This document shows positions 7,533-17,309 of a stretch of 64,000 nucleotides of DNA, piece after piece. The notes under the pieces are model-generated. The model saw only the letters and a program-made list of their open reading frames with translations. It ran no database searches and was not told the DNA's origin. The stretch is from an uncultured Alphaproteobacteria bacterium. Its GTDB lineage: Bacteria > Pseudomonadota > Alphaproteobacteria > CAAHEQ01 > UBA3637. The stretch covers positions 3,327 through 67,326 of the forward strand of contig CANPXT010000005.1 of the NCBI GenBank assembly GCA_947586835.1. Direction: 5' to 3'. The stretch's first letter is position 1. Each line of letters starts with the position of its first letter. The translations under genes were made by a program, and so were the position numbers.

Positions 7533-7787
7533 TTATTTTTCAGATAAAGCAAAATCAATGGCGCGTGCCAACTGATCAGCGCAGGAAGTGCCTTTTCCGC
7601 GGCAATCATTATGCCTTAAAATATCGGCAATTTCACGTGCATTTTTTCCTTCCGCCAGTTTGGAAAGAGCTTGTAAATTACCCGGACATCCGCCGATAAA
7701 ACAAATATTGTGAATCATATTATCTTCAATATCAAAACTAATTTGTTTTGAGCAAACACCTTGGGGTTCATATGTAAAATGCGCCAT
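7533..7787 (-). CDS. TSCPD-domain protein (TIGR03905-like small protein)
   Basis: GVCSKQISFDIED..I.N..F.GGCPGNLQA...L..G........L....C..KGTSCADQLARAI. Confidence 0.7.
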   Translation of the reverse strand: MAHFTYEPQGVCSKQISFDIEDNMIHNICFIGGCPGNLQALSKLAEGKNAREIADILRHNDCRGKGTSCADQLARAIDFALSEK

Positions 7788-7989
7788 TAAAATCTCCTTT
7801 TCAATTATAGAATAATCGTAAGATAAATTTTTAAAAAAATCAAGAAAGTTTTTTTCTTTGCTTGCAATTTTAAAACAAATAATATACTTTAAATGTATGC
7901 TAATAAAAAAAGTGTGTTTTCAAATACTCGTTATATTACTTTTTTTGTCATCACCGCCGTTATCAGCCCAAGAAACGAAAGGAAATTCC

Positions 7990-8802
7990 ATGCCGTACGT
8001 TACTCTTAACAATTCAAAACAAATGCCCGTTCTGGGATTAGGTACATGGACTTTTGATGATGATTTAGCCGCCCGAAGTGTTTATACGGCTTTAAAAAAC
8101 GGCTATCGCCTTATTGATACCGCCCGTTATTACGGCAATGAAACAGGTGTGGGAATCGGTGTTCGAAAAGCTATCGACGAAGGCATTTGCAAACGGGAAG
8201 ATGTGTTTATTACCACCAAAATCACACCGTTTTCTTTTGAAAACTATGATGCGCTTATTTCAGAAGCCGACAAAAAGCTGGGGTTGGGCTATATTGACTT
8301 AATGCTGATTCATCAACAAGGACAGGGAGATAAAGAACTTTATCGCGCCATTGAACGCGCCGTTCAAAAAGGGATTGTTAAAACGCTCGGCATTTCAAAT
8401 TTTTATACTTTGACCGATTATGAACGCATTACAAAAGAAGCTGATATTTTGCCGGCAGTTATTCAAAACGAAAATCATTTATATTATCAAAACACGGCAC
8501 TGCAACAAGCGCTTCAAAAAGACGGCGTAATTATTGAATCTTATTATCCCTTGGGCGGCAGAGAACACAATAAAGCATTGCTACAAAATGAAGTTGTTGA
8601 AAGGTTGGCAAAAAAATATCAAAAATCAGCGGCACAAATTATTTTAAGATGGCACATTCAAGCCGGTTATATTGCAATTCCGGGCGCCTCAAACCCCGAT
8701 TATATTGCAGAAAACATCAACATTTTCGATTTTCGTTTAACCGATGATGAAATGAAACAATTAGCTGATTTAAACACGGGGAAAAGATATGAAAACTGGT
8801 AA
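7990..8802 (+). CDS. Aldo/keto reductase (2,5-diketo-D-gluconate reductase-like)
   Basis: MPYVTLNNSKQMPVLGLGTW, GYRLIDTARYYGNE, DLMLIHQ, IGISNF, NQNENH, IPGASN. AAGGA RBS lies before the ATG at 7990. The ORF track extends upstream to a TTG at 7858. Confidence 0.85.
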   Translation: MPYVTLNNSKQMPVLGLGTWTFDDDLAARSVYTALKNGYRLIDTARYYGNETGVGIGVRKAIDEGICKREDVFITTKITPFSFENYDALISEADKKLGLGYIDLMLIHQQGQGDKELYRAIERAVQKGIVKTLGISNFYTLTDYERITKEADILPAVIQNENHLYYQNTALQQALQKDGVIIESYYPLGGREHNKALLQNEVVERLAKKYQKSAAQIILRWHIQAGYIAIPGASNPDYIAENINIFDFRLTDDEMKQLADLNTGKRYENW

Positions 8803-9307
8803 TAAAGAAATGCAATGTTCCGTCGCTGCTCCCGTCAAAGTGTTGTTTGTCTGTTTGGGAAACATTTGCCGTTCGCCCATGGCGGAAATGGTGTTTCGAC
8901 ATATGGTGAACGAAAAAAATCTGTCCGATTCTTTTGAAATCAATTCTGCCGGCACGGAAGAATATAATGCTTTAATCGGTGCAGGCATACACCCCGGCAC
9001 TAAAACTGTTTTACGGCAAAATCACATTCCTTTTACAGAACACACTGCCCGCCTTTTTACACTTGATGACTATCATTATTATGATTATATTTTGGTGATG
9101 GATCATCAAAACAAACGCGATATTTTCAATATCGTCGGCAAAGAGGCAAGTGATAAGGTTTTTTGTTTAATGGATTTTACGTCTCGCCCGAGTGATGTGC
9201 AAGATCCGTGGTACACCGGCCGTTTTGAAGAAACGTATAACGATGTTTTTGAAGGCTGTACCTGTTTTTTAAAATGGATTAAACAACAGAATCTTTTAAA
9301 GTTTTAA
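8789..9307 (+). CDS. Low-molecular-weight protein-tyrosine phosphatase
   Basis: VLFVCLGNICRSPMAE (CX5R P-loop) and a DPWY Asp loop. An alternative ATG lies at 8810. Confidence 0.85.
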   Translation: MKTGNKEMQCSVAAPVKVLFVCLGNICRSPMAEMVFRHMVNEKNLSDSFEINSAGTEEYNALIGAGIHPGTKTVLRQNHIPFTEHTARLFTLDDYHYYDYILVMDHQNKRDIFNIVGKEASDKVFCLMDFTSRPSDVQDPWYTGRFEETYNDVFEGCTCFLKWIKQQNLLKF

Positions 9308-9362
9308 TTTTTAAAATATATACTATGCTTTTTCTATCAATACTTAAATTAAGGAGAAAAAT

Positions 9363-9794
9363 ATGAAAAAATCAGTATCCGTTACAGAAAGAAATAAAGC
9401 CGTTATGCGCCGCTTTGAAATCATGATTAACACAAACGATAAAGTCTTGGCCGATAAATTGATCAGCCCCGATGCTTTGTTTCAAACACCTGTTTCTCCC
9501 ACGCCGTTAAAAGGGGGTACGGGGTATTTATCCGTTGTTGATTTTATGCGTTCCGGCTTTTCCGATGTTCAATGGAAAGCACAACAAATGATTGCCGAAA
9601 AAAACATTGTTGCCGTTCTTTGGCAATTGACCGGCACGCATAACGGCACGTTTCTGGGGGTGAAACCGACCCATCAAAAAATATCAACAACGGTTATGAA
9701 TTTTTATTATTTTAATGAAAACGGGCAAATTATTAATGATATTGCCGCTGAGGGTATGATCGGTATTTTGCGCCCGCTGGGATTATGTCAATAA
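9363..9794 (+). CDS. Ester cyclase / SnoaL-like NTF2-fold protein
   Basis: ERNKAVMRRF ... GTHNGTFLGVKPTHQKI ... NGQIIND pattern. GGAG RBS. Confidence 0.6.
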   Translation: MKKSVSVTERNKAVMRRFEIMINTNDKVLADKLISPDALFQTPVSPTPLKGGTGYLSVVDFMRSGFSDVQWKAQQMIAEKNIVAVLWQLTGTHNGTFLGVKPTHQKISTTVMNFYYFNENGQIINDIAAEGMIGILRPLGLCQ

Positions 9795-9893
9795 AATAAA
9801 ACAGCCCTTTGCAAACGCTTTTTTTAAATCTCATATAAAAAAAGTCTGGTAATTTTAATTCATTTTTGTTATAGTAAAAGAAAGGGCAGAAAA

Positions 9894-10343
9894 ATGACTG
9901 AAAATCAATATATTCCCGATATTTTCAAAAAAGCAACGCTGGGAACGGAAATCCAAACGGAAAATTTGGAAAAAAAAGCCGATCAAGTGATTCACGATTT
10001 AACAGGCACTTTTCTTTTAAGCGCAAAAGAAAATATTTCCCGTTTAAAAGAATTGCTTGTCCTCTTGCAACCGAAAAACAATTCGACAAACGACATAAAA
10101 GAAGAATTTTATCAAACGGCGCACAATTTAAAAGGACAAGGAGCAGTTTTCGGCTATCCTTTAATAACGGCACTCGGCGCCGATATATGCACTGTTTTGC
10201 AAAAAAACAAAGTTTTAACACATGAGGCGCTTCAAATTTTGGAACAAGATATTGCTGATATGGCGCTTGTATTGACTTTTCCGCCACATACGCAAAACAA
10301 AACATTACTTCATATTCAAAAACGACTGGATAAAAACTCATGA
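9894..10343 (+). CDS. Hpt (histidine phosphotransfer) domain protein
   Basis: TAHNLKGQGAVFGYPLI is an Hpt HxxKG motif. The stop overlaps the response-regulator start (ATGA). Confidence 0.65.
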   Translation: MTENQYIPDIFKKATLGTEIQTENLEKKADQVIHDLTGTFLLSAKENISRLKELLVLLQPKNNSTNDIKEEFYQTAHNLKGQGAVFGYPLITALGADICTVLQKNKVLTHEALQILEQDIADMALVLTFPPHTQNKTLLHIQKRLDKNS

Positions 10344-11023
10344 CGGATGTTAATAATAAACCGCACTTGCTTGTTATTGATGATGATACACGTTTGAGAA
10401 AGCTTCTCAACAAATATTTAAGCGAAAACGGTTTTCAAATATCACAAGCGGCCAATGCACTTGAAACAAAAGAACTTTTAACACTCTTCACTTTTGATTT
10501 ACTGATTATGGATGTGATGATGCCCGGACAAAACGGGCAAGATCTCACGAAAGAACTGCGTGCCTCGGGTTTTGATACGCCCATTTTAATGTTAACGGCC
10601 ATGGGAGATATAGACAATCGCATTTCGGGACTTGAAGCCGGCGCCGATGATTATTTAACGAAACCTTTTGAGCCGAAAGAACTCTTGTTGCGCATTAATA
10701 ACATTTTAAAACGACAAATACCGTTTAAAACAACCGATATTTATTTCGGCGCCTGTCGCTATAACACCCAAACGGGGCAATTATATAAAAATGACGAAGC
10801 ACTTTTGCTGACAAATACCGAGCATGATTTATTGAAAATCCTCATTCGTCATATCGGAAATCCCGTCACACGCGAAGCCATTGCCAAACAAATTCAAACA
10901 GAAAACGAACGTGCCGCAGATGTGCAAATAACGCGTTTGCGTAAAAAAATTGAAACGGACATTAAAAAACCGTTGTGTATTCAAACCGTGCGCGGTCAAG
11001 GTTATGTGTTGGTGCCAAAATGA
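10340..11023 (+). CDS. OmpR-family response regulator
   Basis: Receiver domain (LLVIDDD, DLLIMDVMMPG, LTA, KPF) plus a winged-helix C-terminus (RLRKKIE ... IQTVRGQGYVL). Confidence 0.9.
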   Translation: MTDVNNKPHLLVIDDDTRLRKLLNKYLSENGFQISQAANALETKELLTLFTFDLLIMDVMMPGQNGQDLTKELRASGFDTPILMLTAMGDIDNRISGLEAGADDYLTKPFEPKELLLRINNILKRQIPFKTTDIYFGACRYNTQTGQLYKNDEALLLTNTEHDLLKILIRHIGNPVTREAIAKQIQTENERAADVQITRLRKKIETDIKKPLCIQTVRGQGYVLVPK

Positions 11024-12462
11024 CAAAACAAAAATCTCACAAACGTAAAAAATCTTTTCGGCAAAAATTGCTGACTCGTTGGCAACAAAGTTTTTATCGA
11101 TATGTTTTTCAAAACATATCGGCATATGTGCGTTACGGCATTCGCCAGCTGAAACTGCATTTTATGCCACGCAGTTTATTTTATCGGTTTGTGCTGATTA
11201 TTTTATTGCCTCTCATTATTTTACAAACCATTTTGTTTATTTTCTTTTATGATCGTCATTGGGATACCGTCAGCCGTCGCTTGGCTGCCGACATTGCCGG
11301 TGAAATTCAAACCGTGGCCGATTATATACATTATCAAAATCCGACACCCGATGAATTAAGTATGGCACTGAAACGTATGCAAAAAAATTTAGGAATAAAT
11401 ATTTCTTTTTCGTATGATGCCAAACTGGAACAGCAAAATCTTTATTACCATGGTACGGCGTTTCACTTGGCCAGTGCCGTTTTGGCTCTTAAATATCCCG
11501 TGGATATGCACGAGCTTTCAAATCGATATCAACAAATATCTTTGCAACTGCCGAACGGCGTTTTAACAACCGTTGTACCGCGAAAACGCTTTTTCAGCTC
11601 AACCGTTCATGTGTTTTTAATCTGGATGGTCGGCTCATCCGTCTTGTTATTTTGGATTGCCTTTTTGTTTATGAAAAATCAGGTACGATCGATTGAACGA
11701 CTTTCCAAAGCTTCCGAATTATTCGGTATGGGACATGATGTTCCCTTTAAACCGGGCGGTGCAACGGAAGTCAGACAAGCCGGTTATTCGTTTATATTGA
11801 TGAAAAATCGTATTCAAAAATATTTAAGCGAACGAACAGCCATGCTGGCAGGTGTATCGCATGATTTACGAACGCCGCTCACACGAATGAAACTGCAACT
11901 TTCCATGATGAAAGATGATGAAACGGCGACTGATTTACAAACCGATGTTGCCGAAATGGAACAAATGCTTAACGGTTATTTGGCATTTGCCCGCGGAGAC
12001 GGACAGGAAGAACCGCAAAACATTAAGTTAGATGCGCTTTTGGAAGATTTAATAGAAAAGCAGCGAAAAATCGGGCAGAAAATTGATTTTCATACCGAAG
12101 AAAGTATTTGTATTTCAGCCCGTTTAAATGATATTTCACGCGCTATTACCAACATTTTAAGTAATGCCGATCGCTATGCTTCCAAAACAAGTGTATCGTT
12201 AGGGGTACGGGCACAAACGGCACGTATTATTATTGATGATAACGGTCCGGGTATTCCGGAAAACAAACGCAAAGCCGTGTTTAAAGCATTTTATCGGCTG
12301 GATGCTTCTCGGAACAAAGCAACGGGCGGCGTGGGTCTTGGTATGACCATCACACGCGATATTTTATTCTCTCACGGCGGAGATATTACGCTTTCAAAAA
12401 GTCCGCTCGGCGGATTACGCGTGATTATCACCATTCCGACATTGGTTGAGAATAAAAAATAA
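11020..12462 (+). CDS. EnvZ-like sensor histidine kinase
   Basis: Two TM segments, H-box GVSHDLRTPLTRM, N-box NILSNADRYA, DDNGPGIP, GGVGLGMTI. The ATG at 11020 overlaps the regulator stop. Confidence 0.85.
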   Translation: MTKQKSHKRKKSFRQKLLTRWQQSFYRYVFQNISAYVRYGIRQLKLHFMPRSLFYRFVLIILLPLIILQTILFIFFYDRHWDTVSRRLAADIAGEIQTVADYIHYQNPTPDELSMALKRMQKNLGINISFSYDAKLEQQNLYYHGTAFHLASAVLALKYPVDMHELSNRYQQISLQLPNGVLTTVVPRKRFFSSTVHVFLIWMVGSSVLLFWIAFLFMKNQVRSIERLSKASELFGMGHDVPFKPGGATEVRQAGYSFILMKNRIQKYLSERTAMLAGVSHDLRTPLTRMKLQLSMMKDDETATDLQTDVAEMEQMLNGYLAFARGDGQEEPQNIKLDALLEDLIEKQRKIGQKIDFHTEESICISARLNDISRAITNILSNADRYASKTSVSLGVRAQTARIIIDDNGPGIPENKRKAVFKAFYRLDASRNKATGGVGLGMTITRDILFSHGGDITLSKSPLGGLRVIITIPTLVENKK

Positions 12463-12559
12463 CACATCTTAACACTTTTTTAAAAAATGATTCAAAATTT
12501 TCTTTTTATCGACATTGTTTTTTTTATTTATTATTTTTGTCAATTTTTATTTTTATCTC

Positions 12560-12588
12560 TTGACATTTCTTTTGAAATCAGTTATAAT
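12560..12588 (+). promoter_or_regulatory. Consensus sigma70 promoter (TTGACA-17-TATAAT) for the ankyrin gene
   Basis: -35 at 12560-12565, -10 at 12583-12588. AGGAG at 12606, ATG at 12617. Confidence 0.55.
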
Positions 12589-12616
12589 GATACTTCATGA
12601 AATTTAGGAGAAAATA

Positions 12617-14122
12617 ATGGAAAAATTAATTTGGGAAGCCCTTCGTAAAAACCCTTTTACGGATGATTCGATGCAAAGAGTACAACTATTAAAACAAGCG
12701 CTTAATAACGGTGCAAATCCGAACGTTATTCATCCGAAAAAAGGCTTCACACCTCTTCTTTGTGCCATTTTCGGACATCAACCGCAAATGGTAAAAGTTC
12801 TCATTCAACACGGAGCCGACATTAACCTTGCCTGTCAGAAAATAACGCCTTTGGAAGCAGCCATTCAATCTCATTCGCATGATTGTTTGAGTTTATTGCT
12901 GCAAAATAATGTTCAGCTTTATCCGGATAATATGAATCCCATTACTTATGCAATCGCTCACCATAATTTAACGGCTGTCTGGCGCTTGGAAGATGCCGGT
13001 GTTGATATTAATAAACCGTCGGGTCTTGACCAAAACACACCATTAATGTGTGCCGTTTTATTTGAAGATGATGCCCGATATACTTATAACATATTACAAC
13101 TGAAACCCAACCCGAACATTGCGGATCGTGAGGGGAACACACCCCTTTTTGCGGCTATTTGCAAACAATCGATTGAAAAAATCGATTTACTGCTTGAAGC
13201 AAAAGCCAATGTTAATCACAGCAGCAATTTAGGCTTTACACCGCTTTTCTTTGCCGCATGTATCGGAAACGAACGTATTGTTTCAATGCTCCTTCATGCC
13301 GGTGCTGATGTGCATCATCGCGATCATAACGGTGAAACGGCTTTACATGTTACTGCCAATATGCAAATTGCCAATTTATTGATAAAAGCCGGTGCTGATA
13401 TAAAAGCCCAAAACAAACGCGGATTCACGCCGTTCATAACAGCCGTTCAAAACGGTGCTGACGATGTTGTTCAATACTATATACAACAGGGGCAAAATGT
13501 CAATATAAGAGATAACTTCGGAAATTCCCTTCTGATGACTGCCATTTCCCATCAACAACCCTCAGTTACGAAAACTTTAATTCGCGCACATATTAATCTT
13601 GATACGCAAAATCGAGACGGATATTCTCCGCTGATTTATTCCGTTATATCCAATCAACCGAAAATAACTTATCAATTAACAAAAGCGGGGGCAAATATTC
13701 ATTTAACCGATCGAAAAGGAAACAATGCCTTAATTTATGCGATTCAACAAAAAAGTTTGGCATCGGCAAAAGTTTTGCTGGAACACGGTTCCGATCCGAA
13801 CAGCTATGATTTTAAAGGCAGTTCCGCTTTAATGTTAGCTCTTGTCAACACGCCGGAAATTGTGCCGCTCTTAATTCAAAAAGGAGCCGATATAAATTGC
13901 AAAGATGATAACGGTTTTACACCGCTTATGATAGCGGCTTGCATGAAAGACAAACAAAACGTTAAGAATCTTTTAAATGCGGGCGCAGATGTTTCCGCTG
14001 TCAATCCGGCCGGACAAACTTTCCGAAACATCAGCAATTTCGGCGTTAAACTAACCTATTGTCAGCACATTCTGCCCCAAAAACTTAAATCTGTTTTTTC
14101 AAAGCAACAAAATCAACGATAA
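12617..14122 (+). CDS. Ankyrin-repeat protein (about 14 repeats)
   Basis: Reiterated G.TPL..A.......v..LL..GAd.n units across the full 501 aa. Confidence 0.9.
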   Translation: MEKLIWEALRKNPFTDDSMQRVQLLKQALNNGANPNVIHPKKGFTPLLCAIFGHQPQMVKVLIQHGADINLACQKITPLEAAIQSHSHDCLSLLLQNNVQLYPDNMNPITYAIAHHNLTAVWRLEDAGVDINKPSGLDQNTPLMCAVLFEDDARYTYNILQLKPNPNIADREGNTPLFAAICKQSIEKIDLLLEAKANVNHSSNLGFTPLFFAACIGNERIVSMLLHAGADVHHRDHNGETALHVTANMQIANLLIKAGADIKAQNKRGFTPFITAVQNGADDVVQYYIQQGQNVNIRDNFGNSLLMTAISHQQPSVTKTLIRAHINLDTQNRDGYSPLIYSVISNQPKITYQLTKAGANIHLTDRKGNNALIYAIQQKSLASAKVLLEHGSDPNSYDFKGSSALMLALVNTPEIVPLLIQKGADINCKDDNGFTPLMIAACMKDKQNVKNLLNAGADVSAVNPAGQTFRNISNFGVKLTYCQHILPQKLKSVFSKQQNQR

Positions 14123-14140
14123 TCTTGAATTTATTTGATA

Positions 14141-14175
14141 AAAAAAGGCTCTTACAAACAGTAAAAGCCTTTTTT
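14141..14175. terminator. Bidirectional terminator between the convergent ankyrin gene and leuS
   Basis: AAAAAA-GGCTCTTAC-aaaca-GTAAAAGCC-TTTTTT. Confidence 0.55.
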
Positions 14176-14182
14176 ATGTTTT

Positions 14183-16684
14183 TTATCGCACAACAAAATT
14201 AACCAATCGTTTCGGAACATATATTTCTTTGACAATTGTTTTGCCTTCTAAAAAGTTTTGAACGCTGCTCTGTTCTTTTGCCATTCGAATAACATCTTCC
14301 GCCAAAGCATCGGCAGAAACCGTTATCAACGCACGCTTTTTACCCATGACCTGCACAACAATATTCATCGTATCACAAAGCGTCATGGCTTCATCAAACA
14401 CGGGCCATGATTCATAAGCCAGCGAAGCGGTATGACCTAACCGTTCCCACAATTCTTCCGCAACGTGAGGTGCCTGCGGTGAAATCAGCAACACAAAAGT
14501 TTCCATATCGGCTTTTGAAACAGGTTCCGGCGACTTATAAACGGCATTTACAAACTCCATGAGCTTGGCAATAGCGGTATTATAGCTCATCCGTTCCATA
14601 TCTTCGGTAACGCCTTTAATTGTTTTGTGCATAAGTTTTGATAATTCACTGCTGCCCTGATCGGCAATTTTATCAGGCGTTTCAAAAATATTCCATATCC
14701 GACGAATAAAGCGATTAACACCGTTAATACCGTCATCAGACCACGGTTTTTCAGCTTCAATCGGTCCCATAAACATTTCGTATAATCGCATGGAATCGGC
14801 TCCGTAATCACGCACCACATCATCGGGATTAACAACGTTATAGCGTGATTTACTCATTTTTTCAACCTGTGTACTTACTTTTGTTTGTGTATTTTTGACA
14901 AACCACTCATTACCCTTGCGTTCCACTTCGGACGGATAATAATATTTTCCGTTTTCATCTCGATACGAATAAGCCAAAATCATTCCCTGATTGACTAATT
15001 TTTTAAACGGTTCATCACAGGAAACCAAACCGGCATCAAACAACACTTTCTGCCAAAAACGCGCATAAAGCAAATGCAAAACGGCATGTTCCACTCCGCC
15101 GACATAAATATCAACCGGCATCCAGTAAGATTCGGACTCTCGACTCCACGCCTCATGATGATTATGCGGATCACAATACCGTAAAAAATACCACGAAGAC
15201 CCTGCCCATTGCGGCATAATGTTTGTTTCGCGTTTTGCCGGCAACCCCGTTTCTTCATCTATGGTATTCACCCAATTTGTTACCCGTGCCAAAGGCGGCT
15301 CACCGTCAGCCGTCGGTTTAAATTCGGCCAATGGCGGCAATAAAACAGGTAAGTCTTTCATGGGTAAAGACTTGATGGTACCGTCCGCACAGTGAATAAT
15401 CGGAAACGGTTCACCCCAATAGCGTTGACGAGCAAACAACCAATCACGCAATTTATAGTTAACGGTTCCTTTTCCGCACTGATGCGCTTCCAGCCATTCA
15501 ATCATTTTGGCTTTCGATTCTTTCACATGCAATCCGTTTAAAAAATGCGAATTAACAAGGGCACCGTCACCTTCCCAAGCTTCTTTTTCAATATCGCCGC
15601 CTTCAATAACACGAATAATGGGAATATTAAATTTTTTGGCAAAATCATAGTCGCGCTGGTCATGTGCCGGCACAGCCATAATGGCACCGTAACCGTAATC
15701 ACCCAACACATAATCGGCAATATAAATCGGCAGTTTATTACCATTTACCGGATTAATTGCATAAGCACCCGTAAAAGCACCCGTTTTGTCTTTTACATCT
15801 GCCATACGCGCTTGCGCCGATTTATGCGCCGTCGCTTCGACATACGCCTCAACGGCTGCTTTTTGTTCGGGCGCGGTAATTTCTTTCACCAATGCATGCT
15901 CGGGCGCCAAAACACAATAAGTTGCACCGAACAATGTATCGGGACGCGTTGTATAGACCGTAAACTCAGCTTTTGTATCGGCAACTTTAAAACGCACATC
16001 GGCACCTGTTGATTTTCCGATCCATTCTCGTTGCATGGTTTTAATACTTTCCGGCCAATCAACTTTATCCAATCCTTCCAACAACTTTTCGGCATATGCG
16101 GTAATTTTAAGCATCCATTGACGCATGGGTTTTCGAATCACTTCATCACCCGTTTCAACATATTTACCGTCTTTTACTTCTTCATTTGCCAAAACGGTAC
16201 CAAGCTTCGGACACCAATTAACGGGCGTTTGCACTTCATAAGCTAACCCTCTGTCAAAAAGAATTTTAAAAATCCATTGTGTCCATTTATAATATTCCGG
16301 ATCGGTTGTATCAATTTCACGATTCCAATCATATGAAAAACCGACAGATTTTAATTGTTCCCGAAACTTTTTCGTATTCATTTTGACCACATCTGCCGGA
16401 TGCATACCCGTTCGCTCGGCATAACGCTCTGAAGGCAGACCAAACGCATCCCATCCCATCGGATGCAACACGTTAAATCCCTGCATTCGTTTGTAACGCG
16501 CTACAATATCGGATATGGTATAATTTTCCACATGCCCCACATGCAAACCCGCTCCCGACGGATAAGGAAACATATCCAAAACATAATATTTCGGTTTATG
16601 ATTTATTTCCGACCGAAAAGTTTGATTTTCTTCCCAATATTTTTGCCATTTTTTTTCAATTTCCAAATGATTATATTCGCTCAT
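14183..16684 (-). CDS. leuS: Leucyl-tRNA synthetase
   Basis: [12 protein letters not shown] (HIGH) and KMSKS motifs, 833 aa, collinear with bacterial LeuRS. Confidence 0.95.
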   Translation of the reverse strand: MSEYNHLEIEKKWQKYWEENQTFRSEINHKPKYYVLDMFPYPSGAGLHVGHVENYTISDIVARYKRMQGFNVLHPMGWDAFGLPSERYAERTGMHPADVVKMNTKKFREQLKSVGFSYDWNREIDTTDPEYYKWTQWIFKILFDRGLAYEVQTPVNWCPKLGTVLANEEVKDGKYVETGDEVIRKPMRQWMLKITAYAEKLLEGLDKVDWPESIKTMQREWIGKSTGADVRFKVADTKAEFTVYTTRPDTLFGATYCVLAPEHALVKEITAPEQKAAVEAYVEATAHKSAQARMADVKDKTGAFTGAYAINPVNGNKLPIYIADYVLGDYGYGAIMAVPAHDQRDYDFAKKFNIPIIRVIEGGDIEKEAWEGDGALVNSHFLNGLHVKESKAKMIEWLEAHQCGKGTVNYKLRDWLFARQRYWGEPFPIIHCADGTIKSLPMKDLPVLLPPLAEFKPTADGEPPLARVTNWVNTIDEETGLPAKRETNIMPQWAGSSWYFLRYCDPHNHHEAWSRESESYWMPVDIYVGGVEHAVLHLLYARFWQKVLFDAGLVSCDEPFKKLVNQGMILAYSYRDENGKYYYPSEVERKGNEWFVKNTQTKVSTQVEKMSKSRYNVVNPDDVVRDYGADSMRLYEMFMGPIEAEKPWSDDGINGVNRFIRRIWNIFETPDKIADQGSSELSKLMHKTIKGVTEDMERMSYNTAIAKLMEFVNAVYKSPEPVSKADMETFVLLISPQAPHVAEELWERLGHTASLAYESWPVFDEAMTLCDTMNIVVQVMGKKRALITVSADALAEDVIRMAKEQSSVQNFLEGKTIVKEIYVPKRLVNFVVR

Positions 16685-16924
16685 TTTTTCCTCTTCTTAT
16701 ATTTATAAAAAAAACTTTTTTTCTTATATCATATCTTTTTTTAAAATAAAAGAGGATTTTATGATTTTTATTGATTTTTTCCGAAAATTAAACATACCGC
16801 TCAACAACAGAGTAAAATGTTTAATTTATCTGACAAAATGTTGTTCAGCTTACGTTAAAAGCAGAAAAAATGAAATTTTTGAAAGCAACAAAAATGTTAT
16901 CACGCTGCTTTACAACAAAAGAGA

Positions 16925-17305
16925 TCAATGATTCATAGCGCACCCATCACCTTGCCAAAGGGCTTTGATAACGGTATCTGAGTGAACGACAAAGGTTGTT
17001 TGACAAAAAAGTTTACCTTGCGGTGCGGCTTGCGGATATCCGTCAATGAGTGTCATCGGTCCGACACCGACATCGCCCTCTTCATCTCCGAAAGTAAGAT
17101 TTTCAGCATTCATATAAATGAGATATTGAAAGCCGTCGTTATTAATCACTTGTGTCGGCGATCCCCACGCATTCATTAAAGCCATCGGTGATTCACCGAC
17201 CCAATTCGACGGATTTTCATTGGCATTAAATGTTTCCGTTATACCGTTCGAGTTGCATGCGGTTAAAGCAAGTGTCAAACATAAAAGGCAATTTGATTTT
17301 TTCAT
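16925..17305 (-). CDS. Lipoprotein of unknown function
   Basis: MKKSNCLLCLTLALTAC lipobox (LTAC). Confidence 0.6.
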   Translation of the reverse strand: MKKSNCLLCLTLALTACNSNGITETFNANENPSNWVGESPMALMNAWGSPTQVINNDGFQYLIYMNAENLTFGDEEGDVGVGPMTLIDGYPQAAPQGKLFCQTTFVVHSDTVIKALWQGDGCAMNH

Positions 17306-17309
17306 ACGT

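Noticed and set aside
7858-7989. Signal-peptide-like N-terminal extension of the aldo/keto reductase (MLIKKVCFQILVILLFLSSPPLSAQE).
   Set aside because: The family normally starts at MPYVTLNN..., that ATG (7990) has its own AAGGA RBS, and the extension begins at a TTG. It is most likely translated promoter DNA. An exported AKR cannot be excluded without data.
15545-16012. Antisense or alternate-frame ORFs of 60-170 aa inside conserved genes. Examples: 15545-16012 in leuS, 52865-53386 and 54122-54565 in secA, 23706-24137 in ftsY, 20779-21225 in the HEAT protein, 37834-38403 across pssA/psd, 9925-10413 over Hpt, and 5920-6315 in glyQS.
   Set aside because: Each lies within a gene that has strong family motifs on the other strand or frame. 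None has an RBS or a recognisable motif.
16761-16931. A 56-aa ORF with an AGAGGA RBS (MIFIDFFRKLNIPLNNRVKCLIYLTKCCSAYVKSRKNEIFESNKNVITLLYNKRDQ) in the leuS/lipoprotein intergenic region.
   Set aside because: I recognise no motif. The composition is typical of AT-rich non-coding DNA, and its 3' end overlaps the convergent lipoprotein gene. It is kept only as a note.
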